Below are positions 57,916 through 64,000 of a DNA stretch of 64,000 nt, piece after piece. The DNA lies in contig CALHUY010000052.1 in assembly GCA_938039295.1 (NCBI GenBank), positions 1,196 through 65,195 on the forward strand. The letters run 5' to 3'. A program made the position numbers and the translations under genes. Each line of letters begins with the position of its first letter. Position 1 is the first letter of the stretch. A model generated the notes under the pieces. It had not been told where the DNA came from. It saw nothing but the letters and a program-made list of their open reading frames with translations, and did no database searches. This stretch comes from an uncultured Solobacterium sp. (GTDB taxonomy: Bacteria > Bacillota_I > Bacilli_A > Erysipelotrichales > Erysipelotrichaceae).

Positions 57916-58725
57916 ATGCCAAGTATTTTAAGTATATTTGATCGAAAAGATACAAATCGTATTGTAGATATCCCAACGGAAAAAATTGTTCCATCAAGAT
58001 ATCAACCACGATTAGTGTTTGATGAAGAAGCTTTACGTGAATTAGCACTATCAATTAAAGAGAATGGATTAATTCAACCAATTACAGTTCGAAAGGTGAA
58101 CGATATATACGAAATTATCACGGGGGAAAGAAGATTCCGTGCATGTAAGATGATTGGTTTTAAGGAAGTGCCATGTTACATCATGTCACCAAATGAAAAC
58201 CAGGCTGCACAGATGGCCCTCGTTGAAAATATCCAACGTGAGAATTTAACTGCCATTGAAGAAGCGAAAAGTTACTTACAAATCATGCGTCAATCTGGTT
58301 TAACACAAGAACAGGTTGCACAAAAAGTAGGTAAGTCACAATCTGCAGTAGCCAATAAGATTCGCTTATTAAATTTACCAATTGAAATTCAGGAAGCGGT
58401 CATGGAATCAAAGATTACGGAACGCCATGCTCGTGCACTATTGACGGTACCAAGCGATAGACAAAAAGAAGTGTTCCATCATATAGTCGCAGCTGAATTT
58501 AATGTAAGACAAACTGAAGATTTTATCGCAAGTCTAGATGATGTTCCTAAGAAGAAACATACACGTCAAAAGACAAAGGGTTTCTCAAGAAATACACAGA
58601 TTGCGGTAAATACAATTCATCAAAGTATCAAGATGATTCATAAAATGGGCATTCAAGCAAAAGTAGAAACGGAAGATAGACCAGACGAAGTATGCATGAT
58701 CATCCGTTTCCCGAAGAATTCATAA
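57916..58725 (+). CDS. noc: nucleoid occlusion protein Noc (ParB paralog)
   Basis: ParB box GERRFRAC, HTH, and Noc-specific C-terminal blocks (KITERHARAL, NVRQTEDF, FSRNTQIAVNTIHQS, IIRFPK) that parallel B. subtilis Noc. Confidence 0.85.
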   Translation: MPSILSIFDRKDTNRIVDIPTEKIVPSRYQPRLVFDEEALRELALSIKENGLIQPITVRKVNDIYEIITGERRFRACKMIGFKEVPCYIMSPNENQAAQMALVENIQRENLTAIEEAKSYLQIMRQSGLTQEQVAQKVGKSQSAVANKIRLLNLPIEIQEAVMESKITERHARALLTVPSDRQKEVFHHIVAAEFNVRQTEDFIASLDDVPKKKHTRQKTKGFSRNTQIAVNTIHQSIKMIHKMGIQAKVETEDRPDEVCMIIRFPKNS

Positions 58726-58737
58726 GGGAGAAGTATT

Positions 58738-59517
58738 ATGGGAAAGATCATTGCAATCGCAAACCAAAAGGGTGGTGTAGGTAAAACAACTACATCTATG
58801 AACTTAGCGTCAGGTTTATCATATATTGGCAAAAGAGTCCTATTAGTAGACTTCGATCCACAGGGAAATGCGACGCATGGTATCGGAGCACATAAAGTAG
58901 GTTTTGATAAGACGGTATACGACATCTTGATGAGAGATGAAAATGTAGAAGATGTAAAAGTTACACTACAAATGCCACCACTAGATGTACTACCATCAAC
59001 CATCGACTTATCTGGTGCAGATGTCGATATGGCACAATATGAAACGGGCCGTGAACAACTATTAAAGAGAAAACTAGAAGCGGTGAGAGATCAATATGAT
59101 TACATCATCATTGACTGTCCACCAGCACTAGGTTTGTTGAATACAAACGCGTTAACTGCAGCAGATTCTGTGATGATTCCGGTACAGTGTGAATACTTTG
59201 CGCTAGAAGGATTGACACAGCTATTAAGTACAATTCGTTTGGTTCAGAAATTATGGAATCCAAGACTATCTATCGAAGGCGTACTTCTAACAATGTTCGA
59301 CGTACGTACCAAGTTATCGGTAGAAGTACAACAGGAAGTACGTAAATACTTTAAGGAAAAAGTTTACCACTGTTTTATCCCACGAAATGTACGCTTATCA
59401 GAAGCTCCATCTCGTGAACAATCAATTTTTGAGTATGATACCCGTTCGGAAGGTGCTCGTGCTTACGCACAACTTGTAAAAGAAGTAGTTACACAAAACG
59501 AAAGGATCAAACGATAG
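58738..59517 (+). CDS. soj: chromosome partitioning ATPase ParA/Soj
   Basis: Deviant Walker A KGGVGKTTT. Confidence 0.95.
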   Translation: MGKIIAIANQKGGVGKTTTSMNLASGLSYIGKRVLLVDFDPQGNATHGIGAHKVGFDKTVYDILMRDENVEDVKVTLQMPPLDVLPSTIDLSGADVDMAQYETGREQLLKRKLEAVRDQYDYIIIDCPPALGLLNTNALTAADSVMIPVQCEYFALEGLTQLLSTIRLVQKLWNPRLSIEGVLLTMFDVRTKLSVEVQQEVRKYFKEKVYHCFIPRNVRLSEAPSREQSIFEYDTRSEGARAYAQLVKEVVTQNERIKR

Positions 59518-59520
59518 AAA

Positions 59521-60414
59521 ATGGCAGAAAAAAAACAAAAAGGCTTAGGACGTGGTTTAGATTCTATCTTCGGATCGAATGTAGAGCAGTTCCTTGACGA
59601 TATTCAAAGTAGCGCAAAGGAAGTGCCAGGCAGAAGAGAAGTAGAAATCGCAATTGAAGAAATTAGGCCAAATCCTTATCAGCCAAGAAAAGAATTTGAT
59701 CAAACTGCGTTAAATGAATTGGCAGATTCTATTCGTACACACGGAATCTTTACACCATTACTCGTACGCAAGAGTGTCAGTGGTTATGACTTAATCACTG
59801 GTGAAAGACGTTTGCGTGCTGCGAAGATTGCTGGACTTAAGGTTGTACCTGCAATTTCTGTAGATTTTACAGAAGAACAGATGATGGAAATTGCCATCTT
59901 AGAAAATGTACAACGTGAAGACTTAAACGCAATTGAAGAAGCCGCAGCCTATGACTCACTTGTAAAAAAACTAGGCTATACACAAGAAAAACTAGCAGAG
60001 AGAGTTGGTAAATCTCGTGAATATTGTGCAAATATTATGAGACTCTTAAAACTTCCTTCTGAGATTCAAAAATTAGTCGTAGATAAAAGACTAGCAATGG
60101 GACATGTTCGTCCATTACTGGGCTTAAAAGATGAGATGGAAATGCTTGATGCGGCTGAGAAAATCATGAAGGAAAAGATGTCTGTTCGTGAAGTAGAAGC
60201 CTACGTTAGAGATATTAATGCAGAAGAAGAAAAACCAAACAAAACAAAACCAGAAAAGAAACGTGACCCAATCATCCACGATTTAGAACATCAGATTTCT
60301 GTGAAGCTTGGCACGAAGGTAACAATTCAGAACAAGAAACTCACAATTCGATATACGGATACAGAGGATTTAAACCGTATCTTAGAGATATTGAATTGCT
60401 TGGATGAAGGCTAA
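59521..60414 (+). CDS. spo0J: chromosome partitioning protein ParB/Spo0J
   Basis: ParB box GERRLRAAK, HTH, C-terminal dimerisation domain. Confidence 0.95.
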   Translation: MAEKKQKGLGRGLDSIFGSNVEQFLDDIQSSAKEVPGRREVEIAIEEIRPNPYQPRKEFDQTALNELADSIRTHGIFTPLLVRKSVSGYDLITGERRLRAAKIAGLKVVPAISVDFTEEQMMEIAILENVQREDLNAIEEAAAYDSLVKKLGYTQEKLAERVGKSREYCANIMRLLKLPSEIQKLVVDKRLAMGHVRPLLGLKDEMEMLDAAEKIMKEKMSVREVEAYVRDINAEEEKPNKTKPEKKRDPIIHDLEHQISVKLGTKVTIQNKKLTIRYTDTEDLNRILEILNCLDEG

Positions 60415-60485
60415 ATATCGTGAAAATAATACTTTTCACGCATACTTTAAAAAAGGAATATAATGCAAGTAGTTGGAAATAGAAA

Positions 60486-60824
60486 ATGACAAATTATTCT
60501 TGGAAAATATACTATGCATTCGTTCTGATTAGTTTTGTTTTCTTGCCGTTTCACTGGCAATGGACGACAGGTTGGTTGTTGGGATCATTAGCCGCATTCA
60601 TTATTTATAAAAGAACAGAGAATTTCGCAAGACAAGTAGTAAGTATGCAGTCCTCATTTGGAACATACGGAAACTTCGCTATCAATTATTTCTTGATGGC
60701 AGCAGTACTAGTAGTCAGTGCAGTCTTTCCGCAATATCTCAACGTTCTAACATGCGCAATTGGTCTTTCAACAATTAAATTAGCAATTATATTTCATGTG
60801 GCAGTCATAGAGAGAGGACGGTGA
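60486..60824 (+). CDS. atpI: ATP synthase protein I (small hydrophobic AtpI-like)
   Basis: 112-aa polytopic protein immediately preceding atpB. Confidence 0.5.
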   Translation: MTNYSWKIYYAFVLISFVFLPFHWQWTTGWLLGSLAAFIIYKRTENFARQVVSMQSSFGTYGNFAINYFLMAAVLVVSAVFPQYLNVLTCAIGLSTIKLAIIFHVAVIERGR

Positions 60825-60828
60825 AGAC

Positions 60829-61533
60829 ATGACAATACAATCGGACGTATATGTAATTATTCTGATTACAATCGTCCTAGCAATCGCGATGATATTATTG
60901 TCAAAGAAAATCGAAAAGGCAGATCCATTAGAAAAACCAAAAGGTATCGTCGTACCGGTTGTACTTGCGACAGAGGCAGTATATAAAACGGTACGCACAA
61001 ATGTAGGTAAGAAAGTAGCCGGTAAACTAACACCATATATCTTAACTTTATGGTTATACATCTTTGTTAGTAACACAATCTCGCTATTTGGATTAAGTTC
61101 ACCGACAGCTAACTTTAGTGTAACGATTACACTGGCATTCCTGACATGGCTTATGATTCAGGTTGCACAGTTAAAATACGGTGGCTTAAAAGCTTACATG
61201 CATGCATTTTTAGAACCAATAGCGCCGATGTTACCAATGAACATCATCGGTAAGTTCTCAACAATGTTATCAATGGCATTACGTCTATTCGGTAATATCA
61301 CCTGTGGTTCTATTATGATGTCCCTTGTATATATGGGGACAGCAAATCTATCCAATGCAATAGCAGGGCTAGTCGGTATCCAAGGAAATGTATTTAATTT
61401 CATGGCACCAATTATCGCTCCAGTATTACACATGTATTTCGATTTATTTGCAGGTTTTATTCAAACATTGGTATTTGTCACTTTGACAATCGTACTTTTA
61501 GGAAACGATATTCCTGAAGAAGAAAAAATTTAA
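60829..61533 (+). CDS. atpB: F0F1 ATP synthase subunit a
   Basis: Five TM segments. Conserved LSMALRLFGNI with the essential Arg. Confidence 0.9.
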   Translation: MTIQSDVYVIILITIVLAIAMILLSKKIEKADPLEKPKGIVVPVVLATEAVYKTVRTNVGKKVAGKLTPYILTLWLYIFVSNTISLFGLSSPTANFSVTITLAFLTWLMIQVAQLKYGGLKAYMHAFLEPIAPMLPMNIIGKFSTMLSMALRLFGNITCGSIMMSLVYMGTANLSNAIAGLVGIQGNVFNFMAPIIAPVLHMYFDLFAGFIQTLVFVTLTIVLLGNDIPEEEKI

Positions 61534-61549
61534 AAAAGGAGAAAAATTT

Positions 61550-61774
61550 ATGGAAAAGGGTTTAATCGCAATTGGTGCAGGTATCGCAGTATTTACAGGT
61601 TTCTTAACAGGTTTAGGTGAAGGTACAGTAGCCGCTCACGCATGTGACGCTATTGGTAAGAATCCAGAAGCAGAATCAAAGATTCGTTCAACAATGATTT
61701 TAGGTATCGCTTTATCTGAAACATGTGCTATTTACGGTTTGTTAGTTTCTATTCTTCTCATTTTCGTATACTAA
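61550..61774 (+). CDS. atpE: F0F1 ATP synthase subunit c
   Basis: 74-aa hairpin proteolipid with a conserved carboxylate (ALSETCAIYGL). Confidence 0.95.
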   Translation: MEKGLIAIGAGIAVFTGFLTGLGEGTVAAHACDAIGKNPEAESKIRSTMILGIALSETCAIYGLLVSILLIFVY

Positions 61775-61793
61775 TTGAGGCTTTCGGGTAACT

Positions 61794-62295
61794 ATGGAAG
61801 TCAATATTGTTGAACAGTTATTTCCAAATGTTTTGACAGTGTTGGTTCAGCTATGTAGTACATTCGTATTATTTCTGATTGCTAAGATTTTCTTATGGCC
61901 ATCCGTAAAGAAATTCTTAGATGCTAGAGCAGAAAAGATGCAAGAAGAACTTGCATTAAGCCAACAAGCAAAAGAAGAGGCTTTGGCAGATCGTAAGGTT
62001 GCTTTAGAGCAATTGAATACTGCATCTGCAAAATCAGAGGAAATCGTAAGTGCTGCAATTCAGCAGGCAAAACAGGAAAAGAAACAAATCCTTGCACAGG
62101 CTGATAAAGAAGCTGCAGCTGTAAAACAGCGCGCACAAGAACAGATCGAAGCAGAACGTAGAGAGATGTACGCATCCATGAAGAAGGAAATGGTCGATGT
62201 CGCATTCAGTGCAGCCGGTAAGTTAATTGGCGAACGTGAAGGCGAGAAGGTTGACCGTCAGGCAATTGATGCGTTCGTAAAGGAAGCGGTTAGCG

Positions 62296-62306
<11 letters not shown>
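61794..62306 (+). CDS. atpF: F0F1 ATP synthase subunit b
   Basis: N-terminal TM followed by a long charged helix. Confidence 0.9.

Positions 62307-64000
<1,694 letters not shown>

Overview
This is a low-GC Firmicutes-type chromosomal window spanning the replication-origin neighbourhood. Almost everything in it is conserved core genome. Left to right the genes are: an M16C metalloprotease; a perR-rubrerythrin peroxide-stress pair; a YitT-family membrane protein; an OmpR-type two-component system; addB/rexB-addA on the minus strand; a VanY-like peptidase; queT with a candidate preQ1-I riboswitch; a NUDIX hydrolase followed by a yxjG-like MetE-family methyltransferase; the phnDCEE ABC transporter; a Tyr phosphatase; a 5'-nucleotidase; an alpha/beta hydrolase; the minus-strand block divIC-yabO-mfd-pth; a second VanY paralog; rpmH (missed by the ORF track)-rnpA-yidC-jag; a membrane protein and panE; oriC as bipartite DnaA-box clusters around dnaA-dnaN-yaaA-recF-gyrB-gyrA; an RHH/histone-H1-like chimera; a T-box-controlled serS; a short SRP RNA abutting tadA; dnaX-ybaB-recR-fhs; a hypothetical gene; mnmG; a divergent ThyX-like gene; a second DnaA-box cluster; rsmG-noc-soj-spo0J; and the start of the atpIBEFHA operon. 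There are no CRISPR arrays, mobile elements, tRNA genes or rRNA genes. The most unusual locus is the mnmG-rsmG junction. Two uncharacterised genes are inserted there, a possible PUA-like protein and a divergent ThyX-fold protein, next to fhs and a non-origin DnaA-box cluster. Together they suggest an undescribed folate/flavin-linked nucleic-acid modification module. Other points of interest are the RHH-histone-like chimera, a repeat-tailed membrane protein upstream of pth, a Cys-rich orphan beside addAB, a small hairpin-flanked membrane peptide, and a recurring perfect CACGTG palindrome around serS.
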